Of a stretch of DNA of 64,000 nt, positions 31,134 to 40,944 are shown piece after piece. Within the stretch, counting starts at the first letter, position 1. Each line of letters starts with the position of its first letter. Source of the stretch: an uncultured Gammaproteobacteria bacterium. Lineage in GTDB: Bacteria > Patescibacteriota > Microgenomatia > Levybacterales > GWA1-39-11. The stretch covers positions 64,542 through 128,541 of the forward strand of contig CAZXFJ010000001.1 of the NCBI GenBank assembly GCA_964640435.1, read 5' to 3'. Both the position numbers and the translations under genes were made by a program. Under the pieces are notes generated by a model. It saw nothing but the letters and a program-made list of their open reading frames with translations. It made no database searches and was not told the origin of the DNA.

Positions 31134-32207
31134 CTACTTAGTAGATTTAGTAAGTTGTTCCAAGCCCTCTTTGGTAATTAAAAAATCGTCTTCTATTCTA
31201 ACCCCTCCAATTCCCGGAATGTATATACCTGGTTCAATTGAAAAATAATTTCCTTCAGTCAGAGTATCTTTTGAGTTTGGGTGTAAATGAGGCGTTTCGT
31301 GTACTTCCATGCCTATTCCATGCCCAAGTCCATGAGGAATATGATCAAATCCGTTCTTCTTCATAACTGCGTTAGCAACATTTGCGCCTTCTGAAGCGTC
31401 GACTTTTCTAGCTTCAATAAAAAGAGCATTATAAACTTTTTGTGCCGTTGTTTGTGCTTCTAGGACGGCTTTATACATTTTTCTTGCTTTATTGGATACA
31501 GTTTCTGTAAGAACTGTGCGAGTCATATCAGAGCAATATCCACCAACTTTTGCTCCAAAATCAAGTAAAACAAACTCATCATTCTCTGAAAGTTTTTTAT
31601 CTGATGTATGATGATGTGGAACTGATGAATTAGGACCAAACGCAACTATAGATTCAAAAGCGAGCTGTCCTCCGTATTTTTTAATATAACTTTCAATTTC
31701 GTAAGCGATTTGTTCTTCAGTAACACCAGTCTGTATTAATGGTTTTACGTATTCATACGTGTCATCTGTAAGTTTTGCAGCTTTTTTAAGAAGTTCTATT
31801 TCGTTTTTGTCTTTGATTTTTCTTAAATCCTCAACTATATAATCTTTGAGTTTGAGTTTAGCTTCAATTTCTTTTTTAAACTTTTCATATTCTGTAAAGG
31901 TTAAATTATTCTCAAAACCAACAGTTTGTATATTCTTGCTCTTTACTATTTGGTTAATTTTTTTAGCAACAGGTTTTTTGATTGTTGCTCTTATATTTGA
32001 AGGTAATATTCGCTCAACAGCTTCAATATATCTTGAATCTGTGAACAAAAGAGCGCTATCTTTTGTGATAAAAAGATATGCTTCACGTTCTTCTCTTGAG
32101 AAATTGGAGAAACCGGTTAAGTAGAAGATATTTATAGGAGAGGAGATAATTATTGCATCAATTTTATTCGTAGGAAATAATTTTCTTAAGTTTTGAATTC
32201 GATTCAT
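31134..32207 (-). CDS. M24-family Xaa-Pro aminopeptidase/prolidase
   Basis: Creatinase-like N-domain plus pita-bread fold metal ligands (HGLGHGIGMEVHE). Confidence 0.8.
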   Translation of the reverse strand: MNRIQNLRKLFPTNKIDAIIISSPINIFYLTGFSNFSREEREAYLFITKDSALLFTDSRYIEAVERILPSNIRATIKKPVAKKINQIVKSKNIQTVGFENNLTFTEYEKFKKEIEAKLKLKDYIVEDLRKIKDKNEIELLKKAAKLTDDTYEYVKPLIQTGVTEEQIAYEIESYIKKYGGQLAFESIVAFGPNSSVPHHHTSDKKLSENDEFVLLDFGAKVGGYCSDMTRTVLTETVSNKARKMYKAVLEAQTTAQKVYNALFIEARKVDASEGANVANAVMKKNGFDHIPHGLGHGIGMEVHETPHLHPNSKDTLTEGNYFSIEPGIYIPGIGGVRIEDDFLITKEGLEQLTKSTK

Positions 32208-32824
32208 TTTGTTGGTTTTGTAAATAGTGCGGAAATGAATAAGTCATTGTACTTACTTAATAATAATTTTGATGTATCTTCTGGCCCATACATTCCATAG
32301 TTGAGGCCATTTGCTACCCATATATTATCTTCTAATAGTTGACTATATCCATTTAAGGCAAAATTTTGTCCTGACCATGTGACATGCGCAGATTTTACTA
32401 GATCTCCTGTTTTTGCGAATTCATCTACAAACATTGCGAAATTATCTGAGTCAGGTAGCCAACGACTTTCACATGCGCCTACTTGTTGATCTTGTGAATT
32501 AAAAAAATCTAACGCAAGTCGTACAAACTTACCTGCGAACATGTCTGGGTGTCTAGTGACGCCGTTATATTCTTGATCATGAATAGGAAGGATTTTAGTA
32601 CGTAAATTAAAACTTGCTATTCCACTAAAAACAAAAGCATCAAGTATATACGGAGGGTCTTGGACCTCAATATTATAAGGTTTTATGGTATATGATAGGT
32701 CCCGACCAGAAGCTGCCTTAAATTTACCAGAATTTCCTTCAGTTTCTGCTTGTTTAAATAGTAAATCAAAATTAATTCCTCCTCGGCCAGGATTATAAGG
32801 GTATTTGTTTTCAACCATAGGCAC
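32204..32824 (-). CDS. Hypothetical protein (206 aa), operonic with the M24 peptidase (4-nt overlap). Start is probably the internal ATG (MVENKY...).
   Basis: ORF only. No recognisable motifs. Confidence 0.35.
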   Translation of the reverse strand: MPMVENKYPYNPGRGGINFDLLFKQAETEGNSGKFKAASGRDLSYTIKPYNIEVQDPPYILDAFVFSGIASFNLRTKILPIHDQEYNGVTRHPDMFAGKFVRLALDFFNSQDQQVGACESRWLPDSDNFAMFVDEFAKTGDLVKSAHVTWSGQNFALNGYSQLLEDNIWVANGLNYGMYGPEDTSKLLLSKYNDLFISALFTKPTK

Positions 32825-32883
32825 GATTATAGCAAAACAACATAGTATTTACACTCAGATCACTTTCTGATAAAATAGACTCA

Positions 32884-32910
32884 CGTTCGATCTTCGAGCG
32901 AATTTTTTTT
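32884..32910 (+). terminator. Hairpin (CGTTCGA-TCT-TCGAGCG) followed by T8, ending 3 nt before the fusA ATG; leader attenuator/terminator-like element
   Basis: 7-bp stem including one G·U pair, 3-nt loop, AA, then TTTTTTTT. A candidate TTTACA-17-TAAAAT promoter lies at 32848-32876. No Shine-Dalgarno. Confidence 0.4.
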
Positions 32911-32913
32911 AAT

Positions 32914-35061
32914 ATGGCTGATAATTCAAGACAAGTACCACTCGATAAGATCCGAAATATCGGAATCATTGCCCACATTGACGCAGGAAAAACAACAACT
33001 TCTGAGCGTATCCTTTATTACACTGGAAAATCATACAAAATTGGAGATATTGATGATGGAAACACAGTTATGGACTGGATGGATCAAGAAAGAGAAAGAG
33101 GTATTACTATCGTTTCTGCTGCTACAACAACTTTCTGGACTCACACAGAGTTAGGTCGATCAGAAGGTCAAGATGTTCCATACAGAATCAATCTTATTGA
33201 TACCCCAGGTCACGTTGACTTTACAGCAGAAGTAGAGCGTTCACTTCGTGTTCTTGATGGAGCAGTAACAGTACTTGATGCTGAAGAAGGAGTTCAATCA
33301 CAGTCTGAAACAGTTTGGAGACAAGCTGATAAATATCACGTTCCACGTATCTGTTTTGTTAACAAAATGGATAAGCTTGGAGCAGACTTCTTAAAGACTG
33401 TTAAATCTATTGAAGATAGACTTGGAGCAAACCCATGTATTATGGTTCTTCCAATTGGAGCTGAAAATGACTTCGTTGGAGTTGTTGACCTTCTTAATAT
33501 GAAAGCAATTACTTGGGATGGTGGAGAACTGGGTGCAAAATATGATGTTTCTGATGAAATTCCTGAAAGCATGAAGGCTCAAGTTGAAGAATATCGCCAC
33601 AAGATGATTGAGAAGATTGCTGAAAACAATGATGATCTTTTGGAAAAATACTTAAATAATGAAGAAATCTCAAATGAAGAATTAAAGCAAGGTCTTCGTA
33701 AAGCTGTTGTTGGATATAAATTAGTTCCAATTTATGCTGGAACCTCACTTCGAAACAAAGGAGTGCAGCCACTTCTAGATGCTGTTGTTGATTATCTTCC
33801 ATCACCAGCGGATCTTGGAATAGTTAAGGGAACAAATCCAAAAAATGGAGAAGAAGAGGAAAGAAAACTTGTTCCAGAAGAAGCATTTACAGGATTTGCA
33901 TTCAAAGTTCAAATCGACCCACACGTTGGAAAAATTACATTCGTTCGTATCTACTCAGGAAAACTTGTATCAGGATCATATGCATTTAACTCAACTCGTG
34001 ACGTAAAAGAGCGCGTTGGAAGACTTCTTCTTATGCATTCAAACCAAAGAGAAGAAATTGCAGAAGCATATGCCGGAGAAATCGTTGCTGTTGTTGGACT
34101 TAAGGATACAATCACCGGAGACACGATTTGTGATGAAACAAAACCAATTGTCCTTGAGAAGATTACTTTCCCAGAGCCTGTTATCTCTCTTGCTATTGAA
34201 CCAAAAACAAAATCAGATCAAGAAAAGATGGGTCTTGCTTTGAAGCGACTCATGGAAGAGGATCCAACCTTTACAGTTAAAACAAACCACGAAACAAACC
34301 AAACCATTATTTCCGGAGTTGGAGAACTTCAACTTGAAATTATGGTTGATCGTATGAAGCGTGAATTTAACGTTGAAGCAAACGTTGGTGCACCTCAGGT
34401 TGCATACAAAGAAACATTCGGTCAAGAGGCAACTGGAGAGGGAAAATACATCAAGCAAACTGGAGGACGTGGTCAATACGGTCACTGCTGGCTTCGTGTT
34501 GAGCCAATGCCAAGGGGTGAGGGAAGTGTATTCGTTAATGCAATTAAGGGAGGAGCAATTCCTGCAGAATTCGTTACTTCAGTTGAAAAAGGAGTCAAGG
34601 AAACAGAAGAAAAAGGAATGTTACTTGGTTACCCAATGGTAGACATGAAAGTTACAGTTTATGATGGTTCTTACCACGATGTTGATTCATCAGATATCGC
34701 ATTTAAGATTGCAGCATCTATGGCGCTTCAAGCAGCTTCTAAAAAAGGTGACATGAAACTTCTGGAGCCTATTATGAAGATTGAGGTTACAACTCCAGAA
34801 GAATTTATGGGAGATGTTATTGGAGATTTGTCATCAAAGAGAGCGCAAATTTCAGGATCAGAAGAGCGCGGAAATGCACGTATAATTTTGGCTATGGTTC
34901 CATTGTCGGAACTTTCAGGATATGCAACAACTTTAAGATCAATGTCTCAAGGACGTGCAACTTACTACATGGAGCCTTCACACTATGAAGAAGTTCCAAC
35001 TAACATTGTTCAAGCAATGCTTGCAAAGTCCACCTTCACCGGACGCATGAACGCTCAATAA
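32914..35061 (+). CDS. fusA: Elongation factor G
   Basis: GTPase G1-G4 motifs ([18 protein letters not shown]) and EF-G domains II-V. 715 aa. Confidence 0.95.
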   Translation: MADNSRQVPLDKIRNIGIIAHIDAGKTTTSERILYYTGKSYKIGDIDDGNTVMDWMDQERERGITIVSAATTTFWTHTELGRSEGQDVPYRINLIDTPGHVDFTAEVERSLRVLDGAVTVLDAEEGVQSQSETVWRQADKYHVPRICFVNKMDKLGADFLKTVKSIEDRLGANPCIMVLPIGAENDFVGVVDLLNMKAITWDGGELGAKYDVSDEIPESMKAQVEEYRHKMIEKIAENNDDLLEKYLNNEEISNEELKQGLRKAVVGYKLVPIYAGTSLRNKGVQPLLDAVVDYLPSPADLGIVKGTNPKNGEEEERKLVPEEAFTGFAFKVQIDPHVGKITFVRIYSGKLVSGSYAFNSTRDVKERVGRLLLMHSNQREEIAEAYAGEIVAVVGLKDTITGDTICDETKPIVLEKITFPEPVISLAIEPKTKSDQEKMGLALKRLMEEDPTFTVKTNHETNQTIISGVGELQLEIMVDRMKREFNVEANVGAPQVAYKETFGQEATGEGKYIKQTGGRGQYGHCWLRVEPMPRGEGSVFVNAIKGGAIPAEFVTSVEKGVKETEEKGMLLGYPMVDMKVTVYDGSYHDVDSSDIAFKIAASMALQAASKKGDMKLLEPIMKIEVTTPEEFMGDVIGDLSSKRAQISGSEERGNARIILAMVPLSELSGYATTLRSMSQGRATYYMEPSHYEEVPTNIVQAMLAKSTFTGRMNAQ

Positions 35062-35086
35062 TCTAGGGCTTTAATTTTCTTCACAG

Positions 35087-35851
35087 TTAAATTTCAAATT
35101 CCATACCGTCGTATGCTGCTGTAGTATTGGAGAAAATTTTCTTTGCTTCATCTTCTGCCCATTTTCTATCAGATGTTTCAGGAAAAAGATTTGCTCCAAA
35201 GTGGGTAAGAATTAATTTCTTTACATTCCCATCTTTTGCAAGAGTTGCTGCTTGAATAGGATCTAAATGTCCCCAGATGTCAGGATCTTCAGTTTTTTTA
35301 TTTGCACATTCTGAAATTAGTAAATCAGCATCTTGAGCAAGTTTTTTTGCTTCGTCTGTAAATCCACAATCGCCAGTGTATGCAATCATTTTTCCTTCTA
35401 TTTCAAATTTAAATCCATGATCAATATATGCATGTTTTTGTTTAATGGCAGCAGCTTTAAAAGGAATATTTTCAAATTCTTCAGATAGTTCATGAAGTCT
35501 TATTTCGGTTTTTAATTCCCCGATAACACCTTCAATTGGTTCATAGCCAATCGTGAATGGAGGATCGACTATGGTTTTAAAATCTTTTGCTCTGTCTGTT
35601 CCAACATAGACGTCAATTCCTTGCTTAAAGTTGAATTTTGCTAGTGTATGAAGACCGGAGGTATGATCTATATGGAAATGGGAGATAAATAGAGTAATGG
35701 GTTTATATTCATTAATGTATTGGTCAAGCTTGTAGAATCCATTTCCTGCATCAAGAATAATATATTGGTCTTTTGTGTCTATTAAGATACATGGTGTATC
35801 TCCAGTGGGGCTTGAATACCATCCGTTTGTGCCAAGAAATGTTATTTTCAT
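35087..35851 (-). CDS. MBL-fold metallo-hydrolase (RNase Z/PhnP-like short form)
   Basis: HFHIDHTSGL (HxHxDH) plus downstream His/Asp ligands. About 254 aa. Confidence 0.6.
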   Translation of the reverse strand: MKITFLGTNGWYSSPTGDTPCILIDTKDQYIILDAGNGFYKLDQYINEYKPITLFISHFHIDHTSGLHTLAKFNFKQGIDVYVGTDRAKDFKTIVDPPFTIGYEPIEGVIGELKTEIRLHELSEEFENIPFKAAAIKQKHAYIDHGFKFEIEGKMIAYTGDCGFTDEAKKLAQDADLLISECANKKTEDPDIWGHLDPIQAATLAKDGNVKKLILTHFGANLFPETSDRKWAEDEAKKIFSNTTAAYDGMEFEI

Positions 35852-35961
35852 TTTTTTATTATAGCAAACCTAAACATTGTTATATTTTTAACAATTAGTA
35901 TAAATTTATTAATAATTTCAAAAAACTACAATGTTACAGATAAGTTCTGTATAATATTTTT

Positions 35962-37146
35962 ATGCCAAGAATCAAACTGTCCGAATTTCGGGCAAAAACT
36001 ATTGTTGCAGACTATTTAGGCACCGATTATACCGGAATTTCTTTTGATGCAGATTCTGACGGCGTATCAAAGCTTGATGAAACAGTGAAGCCAGATGCTC
36101 GATACGTTGTAAAAGTTGATCAAGGGATAAAAAAGCGTTTTAAACAAGGTTTAATTAAACTTGATGTAACTGGAGTTGATCAGATAATGGATGCATTATC
36201 AGATCTTCGTAAAAAAGGATTTAACCATTTTTTAATTGAAGAGCTTGTCCCACATGAGGACCATGAGGAGCGATATCTAGCACTCGAGCGCACAGATAAG
36301 GGAATTGTTATTCATTATTCACTTCATGGAGGAGTTGAGATTGAGTCTCATCAGTCAGATGTTAAAACAGCAATTTTAAAAGATTCAGAAGAGGTAAGAA
36401 GAATTGCTGAGGAGATTGATCTAAATCCAGATACTCTCGAAAAAATAGTTGAGCTTTTTGATATTAATTATTTTTCATTCTTAGAGATAAACCCACTCGT
36501 TATTTCTTTTAAGAATCCATACTTTTTAGATATTGCTTCAGAAGTAGATTCTGCAGCAGAATTCTTTGTTGATACGTGGTCGCTTGATGACATCCGTAAT
36601 GCAAAACGTAACTTAACAGAAGAAGAAATAAATGTTAGAAAGTTATCAGAAAAAAGTTCTTCATCTCTTTCTTTAACTGTTCTAAATCCAAATGGTTCTA
36701 TTTTCATGTTACTATCTGGTGGAGGAATAAGCGTGGCACTTGCAGATGAAGTAAAGAACTTGGGTCTTGGTCATGAGCTAGCAAATTATGGAGAATATTC
36801 TGGAAACCCAACTGAAGAAGAAACATACATATATACTCAAAATATCTTATCTCTTCTTCTAAAAAGTACAGCAACAAAAAAAGTTCTTGTTATAGGTGGA
36901 GGAGTTGCAAACTTTACAGATGTTCGCAAAACATTTAAGGGAGTAATTCGAGCGTTATCTGAAGTTGCTGATAAGTTGCAAGAGCAAAATGTTAAAGTCT
37001 TTGTTCGTCGTGGAGGTCCAAATCAGGAAGAGGGTCTTGCTCAGATGAAAAAGTTTTTAGAGAACAATAATATTTTAGGATCTGTGGATGGACCAAGTAT
37101 GGTTGTTTCAGAAGTAGTTGATCAGGCTATAAAAACAATAAATTAA
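35962..37146 (+). CDS. aclB: ATP-citrate lyase beta subunit (ATP-grasp, SucC-like; AclB)
   Basis: Near-collinear with the N-terminal part of eukaryotic ACLY and bacterial AclB. Matching blocks: VVKVDQGIKKRFKQGLIKLDV, FLEINPLVI, LTVLNPNGSIFMLLSGGGISV, ELANYGEYSGNPTEEETY, VLVIGGGVANFTDVRKTFKGVIRAL, VFVRRGGPNQEEGL. Confidence 0.85.
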   Translation: MPRIKLSEFRAKTIVADYLGTDYTGISFDADSDGVSKLDETVKPDARYVVKVDQGIKKRFKQGLIKLDVTGVDQIMDALSDLRKKGFNHFLIEELVPHEDHEERYLALERTDKGIVIHYSLHGGVEIESHQSDVKTAILKDSEEVRRIAEEIDLNPDTLEKIVELFDINYFSFLEINPLVISFKNPYFLDIASEVDSAAEFFVDTWSLDDIRNAKRNLTEEEINVRKLSEKSSSSLSLTVLNPNGSIFMLLSGGGISVALADEVKNLGLGHELANYGEYSGNPTEEETYIYTQNILSLLLKSTATKKVLVIGGGVANFTDVRKTFKGVIRALSEVADKLQEQNVKVFVRRGGPNQEEGLAQMKKFLENNNILGSVDGPSMVVSEVVDQAIKTIN

Positions 37147-37147
37147 T

Positions 37148-38944
37148 ATGTTTGACGTTGAAAAAATAATAAATTCAGATCAGAAGGTTTTGGCCATTGG
37201 GTCATACCCTTCAATAATTCAAGCTATGCTTGATTTTGATTTCCTCGCAGGAAAGAAAAATCCAAGTGTTGTGGGAATTGTTGCCTCGGGCCGCCGTGGT
37301 GAGCGATATTTCTTTGGTAAAAAAGAAATAAGAATTCCTGTATATTCTTCTGCAAAAAAATTACCTGAAAAACTAAAAGAAGAAATAACATACATCATTA
37401 ATCTTGGATCAGGCCGCCGTGTCTTAACTTCAACAACAGAGGCTTTAGAAAATCTACCAAATGTAGTTGGTGGATCAGTATTTGCAGAAGATACTCCAGA
37501 AAAACATGCAATTGATTTAAAAGCATATATTGAAGCAAGGAAAATCTTTTTAACAGGACCTGCGTCTGTTGGGTTTTTAATTCCAGGAATATTTAAGCTT
37601 GGCGCTATTGGTGGAGTAACACACAAGCAGTTAATTGACGCAAAATTATTTGAACGAGGAAATGTTGCAGTTTTCTCTGCTTCGGGTGGAACTACAAATG
37701 AGTTAATTAATATTCTCGCACAGCACAATAAAAAGATTTCTTTTGCCCTTCATTTTGGAGGAGATAGGTTCCCTATGGTTCCACCAAAAGAGGCATTTTT
37801 AGCAGCACAAGCAGATCCTGCAACAACTCACATTGTATATTTTGGTGAACTTGGTGGAATCGATGAATATGCAGTCTGTCAACTAATTCAGGAAGGAAAA
37901 TTGACAAAACCAATTATAGTTTATATTGCTGGAGTAGTTGCTGAGGTTTTCCCAGAATCTCCTCAATTTGGTCACGCAAAAGCTATGGCATCAACCGCAC
38001 GTGAAACAGCTCGTGCAAAGCGCGATGCATTAAAAGCCGCTAGTGCTCAGGTTGCAGAAAGTTTTGCAGAATTTGTTGCTCTTATGAGCAATATTCCATC
38101 GCACTCAACCACTGAAGAGAAAAAGCACAATGATATAATTACGCAACATATGGAAAACAGAAAGCATGCTATTATTGCTACCAGTATTTCAAAAGATGAA
38201 GACGGACAGGTAAAAGTTTTGGGACAAGATTTACTAAAGTTTGCAGAAGATCACTCTTTTGGTTATATAGTTGTCTCAATGTTTTTGGGTAAACAGATAA
38301 AAAGCCGCGAGCTCGAAGACTATATTAATTTTATCTTGAAGCTTCTTGTTGATCATGGACCTTATGTTTCAGGAGCAGTAAACACTATTGTTACCTCTCG
38401 CGCTGGTCGTGATTTAGTTTCGTCTCTTTCCGCAGGACTTCTAACAGTTGGACCAAGATTTGGAGGAGCAATTAATGAAGCAGCTGCTAATTGGATTGAG
38501 GGAGTTGAGAGTGGAGAATCTGCAGAAAAATTTGTTGAAAGCTTTGCTGCTAAGAAAAAATATGTTTTAGGAATTGGACATAAAAAATACAGAGTAGATA
38601 TGCCTGATCCAAGAGTTACTGCAATTAAAAAATATACTGAAGGACTTGATGCAAAGTACACAAAGTTTGCGTTAAGTGTAGAAAAAGTTACAGTTGCTAA
38701 AAAAGGCAATCTAATTCTAAATGTTGATGGTGCAATAGCCGCAGTTTTGCTTGATATTTTAAGTGAAAAAGAAGGATATACAGTAGACGAACTTAAAGAG
38801 CTTGTTGAAACAGAATTCTTTAATGGATTATTCGTCTTATCTCGCTCTGTTGGATTTATTTCACATTTCTTAGATCAAAAAAGAATGGATGAGGGACTGT
38901 TTAGACTAGAAGAAGAGCATGTAGCCGATGCCTCTGGTGAATAG
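37148..38944 (+). CDS. aclA: ATP-citrate lyase alpha subunit (CoA-binding/SucD-like domain + citryl-CoA lyase, citrate-synthase-like domain; AclA)
   Basis: Matching blocks: MLDFDF, TGPASVG, GIFKLGAIGG, GKLTKPIIVY, catalytic His context QFGHAKAMAS, LVDHGPYVSGAVNTIVTSRAGRDLVSSLSAGLLTVGPRFGGA, GIGHKKYRVDMPDPRV, KGNLILNVDG, NGLFVLSRSVGFISHFLDQKRM. Confidence 0.85.
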   Translation: MFDVEKIINSDQKVLAIGSYPSIIQAMLDFDFLAGKKNPSVVGIVASGRRGERYFFGKKEIRIPVYSSAKKLPEKLKEEITYIINLGSGRRVLTSTTEALENLPNVVGGSVFAEDTPEKHAIDLKAYIEARKIFLTGPASVGFLIPGIFKLGAIGGVTHKQLIDAKLFERGNVAVFSASGGTTNELINILAQHNKKISFALHFGGDRFPMVPPKEAFLAAQADPATTHIVYFGELGGIDEYAVCQLIQEGKLTKPIIVYIAGVVAEVFPESPQFGHAKAMASTARETARAKRDALKAASAQVAESFAEFVALMSNIPSHSTTEEKKHNDIITQHMENRKHAIIATSISKDEDGQVKVLGQDLLKFAEDHSFGYIVVSMFLGKQIKSRELEDYINFILKLLVDHGPYVSGAVNTIVTSRAGRDLVSSLSAGLLTVGPRFGGAINEAAANWIEGVESGESAEKFVESFAAKKKYVLGIGHKKYRVDMPDPRVTAIKKYTEGLDAKYTKFALSVEKVTVAKKGNLILNVDGAIAAVLLDILSEKEGYTVDELKELVETEFFNGLFVLSRSVGFISHFLDQKRMDEGLFRLEEEHVADASGE

Positions 38945-38965
38945 TTATTGTGGTAAAATACCTCT

Positions 38966-39925
38966 ATGAAAGTTTTTCCCGATTTTGAGATTCGTGATTT
39001 GCTTTGGTATAAAATCGGAGGCAAAGTTAGGTTATTTATTGAAGTTTCTACAAAGCAGGATATAAAAGATGCTTTTACCCTTATTAAGCGAGAAAAAATA
39101 CAGAAAATTCTCTTTATTGGAACGGGTTCAAATCTTATTTTTCCAGACGACTACTTTGACGGAGCAGTTATAAAATTTGTGCCAAGTAACGATCCAATCA
39201 GGCTTGTTAAACCACATGTAATCGAAGCAGATGCTGGAGTAATTCTAGATGATGTTCTTCAGTTTGCATTTAATAATAATCTTGCAGGTCTTGAATGGGC
39301 TGGGGGATTGCCGGGAGATGTTGGGGCAGCCATTCGAGGAAACGTTGGTGCATTTGGCGGAGAGATAAAGGATAGTGTTGCAGAAGTGGAAACGTTTGAA
39401 ATCACAAATGGTAAGCCAAAGTTTAGAACCTTAAAGCGTCATCAATTGAAATTCTCATACAGAAATTCTTTAGTGAAGAAGAAAAAGCTTGGGGTACTCA
39501 CTGCTACATTTAGGCTTAAGAAGGTAACAGATTCGGAAATGCTGAAAGTTAGATCAACTTACTTACATAATATTGAATACAGAAAGATAAGGCATCCACT
39601 CGAGTATCCAAATTGTGGATCAGTATTTAAGAATGTTGCTGATCCGATTCATGTAGGAAAAGTTATAGAAGTTTTCCCAGACCTTGAAGAGAAAATAAAA
39701 AGAGATTGGCATGGTAAGGTTGCCATGGGGTATTTGATAAAGAGACTAGATTTGGGAGAGTTTCGCGTTGGAAATGCTATGGTATCAGCAAAGCATAGTA
39801 ATTTTGTTGTTAACCTTGGCGGAGCACGATCAACAGATGTCTTGGCAATAATTAAAACTATTCAAGATAAATTTGTAGAAACTTTTGATTTTCTGCCTGA
39901 AGTGGAGGTGGAAATAGTAAATTAA
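38966..39925 (+). CDS. murB: UDP-N-acetylenolpyruvoylglucosamine reductase
   Basis: FAD-binding N-domain and MurB C-domain motifs (GGLPGDVGAAIRGNVGAFGG, SAKHSNFVVNLGGA). Confidence 0.85.
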   Translation: MKVFPDFEIRDLLWYKIGGKVRLFIEVSTKQDIKDAFTLIKREKIQKILFIGTGSNLIFPDDYFDGAVIKFVPSNDPIRLVKPHVIEADAGVILDDVLQFAFNNNLAGLEWAGGLPGDVGAAIRGNVGAFGGEIKDSVAEVETFEITNGKPKFRTLKRHQLKFSYRNSLVKKKKLGVLTATFRLKKVTDSEMLKVRSTYLHNIEYRKIRHPLEYPNCGSVFKNVADPIHVGKVIEVFPDLEEKIKRDWHGKVAMGYLIKRLDLGEFRVGNAMVSAKHSNFVVNLGGARSTDVLAIIKTIQDKFVETFDFLPEVEVEIVN

Positions 39926-40197
39926 TGGACGAGAACAACGAACAACAACAGTTAAATTTAAACATTAATTTTGATTCAACTCCAGTTTTATATACAGATA
40001 ACATTGTTATGACAACAAATGAGAATGGATTTGTACTCAATGTCATGCAGCAACTCATGACAACAAACCAGGTAAGAGTTGTTTCAAGAATTGGAATGAG
40101 TCGAGATCACGCTAAAAAGCTCGTAAAAGAAATGGGAAGACTCCTTGCCATGACTGAGGGAGAGGGACAGACTCAAGAAACTAAAAAGAAGAACTAG
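39925..40197 (+). CDS. Small hypothetical protein (90 aa), DUF3467-like
   Basis: Gln/Asn-rich N-terminus, then a conserved-looking core (YTDNIVMTTNENGFVLNVMQ). Start overlaps the murB stop (TAATG). Confidence 0.35.
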   Translation: MDENNEQQQLNLNINFDSTPVLYTDNIVMTTNENGFVLNVMQQLMTTNQVRVVSRIGMSRDHAKKLVKEMGRLLAMTEGEGQTQETKKKN

Positions 40198-40259
40198 TCA
40201 ATTGTAAGAGTTTGCCTGAACCTATTGACACCAGTTTGATGCAGTAGTATAAGCAAATT

Positions 40260-40904
40260 ATGGTAGCAGTTGAGAGAGGCGTTTCTCTTGGTTTGCCAAT
40301 TGATATCCCCGTTGCATCGGCACAGACTTCTTATGACCGTGTCACAGATCACAAAATCCTTAAGGGATTGCACGATGGAAATGTTAAAAGGGTTGATGGT
40401 AATTACTTAAATAGAAACATTCCAATCGCATACGATACCGACAGAGCACTTCTTCAGCAGTTAGGGGTTCCATATTTTATGTACGATGCTCTATGGGGAG
40501 CTAATTGGATTGATGGAAATATCCCGGATGAGCAGCGTAAAAAAGAATTGTCTTATCAGTTTTATGATCCTGGAATTCAGTTAATTGAGAATGTAGAATC
40601 AAATGTTCGTGTAGTTATTGACCTTGATAGAAAGGGGCCTTTATATGTTGTTGGTATTCAAAAAGTCGATCCGCGGAGATCCTATGCAAATGAAAATCTT
40701 GTTCGCGATGCTAAGTTTAAGCTTGGTCAGAGTGGAGAAACATATATAGACCCAATGGGAATTACTCGTGAGTATATTCGCTACGATAAAGACTATGATG
40801 TTCGCGACAAAGATCATTTAGAAGATAATTTTGCTGTTGCAGAGCCACTTGTTGCATTGGGACATGTTGCTTCTATTCTTGGATATAGGATAAGAAGCGT
40901 ATAG
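40260..40904 (+). CDS. Hypothetical protein (214 aa)
   Basis: ORF preceded by a TTGACA-17-TATAAG promoter-like element at about 40220-40248. No recognisable family. Confidence 0.4.
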   Translation: MVAVERGVSLGLPIDIPVASAQTSYDRVTDHKILKGLHDGNVKRVDGNYLNRNIPIAYDTDRALLQQLGVPYFMYDALWGANWIDGNIPDEQRKKELSYQFYDPGIQLIENVESNVRVVIDLDRKGPLYVVGIQKVDPRRSYANENLVRDAKFKLGQSGETYIDPMGITREYIRYDKDYDVRDKDHLEDNFAVAEPLVALGHVASILGYRIRSV

Positions 40905-40944
40905 TTTGACTTAATTCATTTTTTTCCTGTAAACTGTATTTTCA

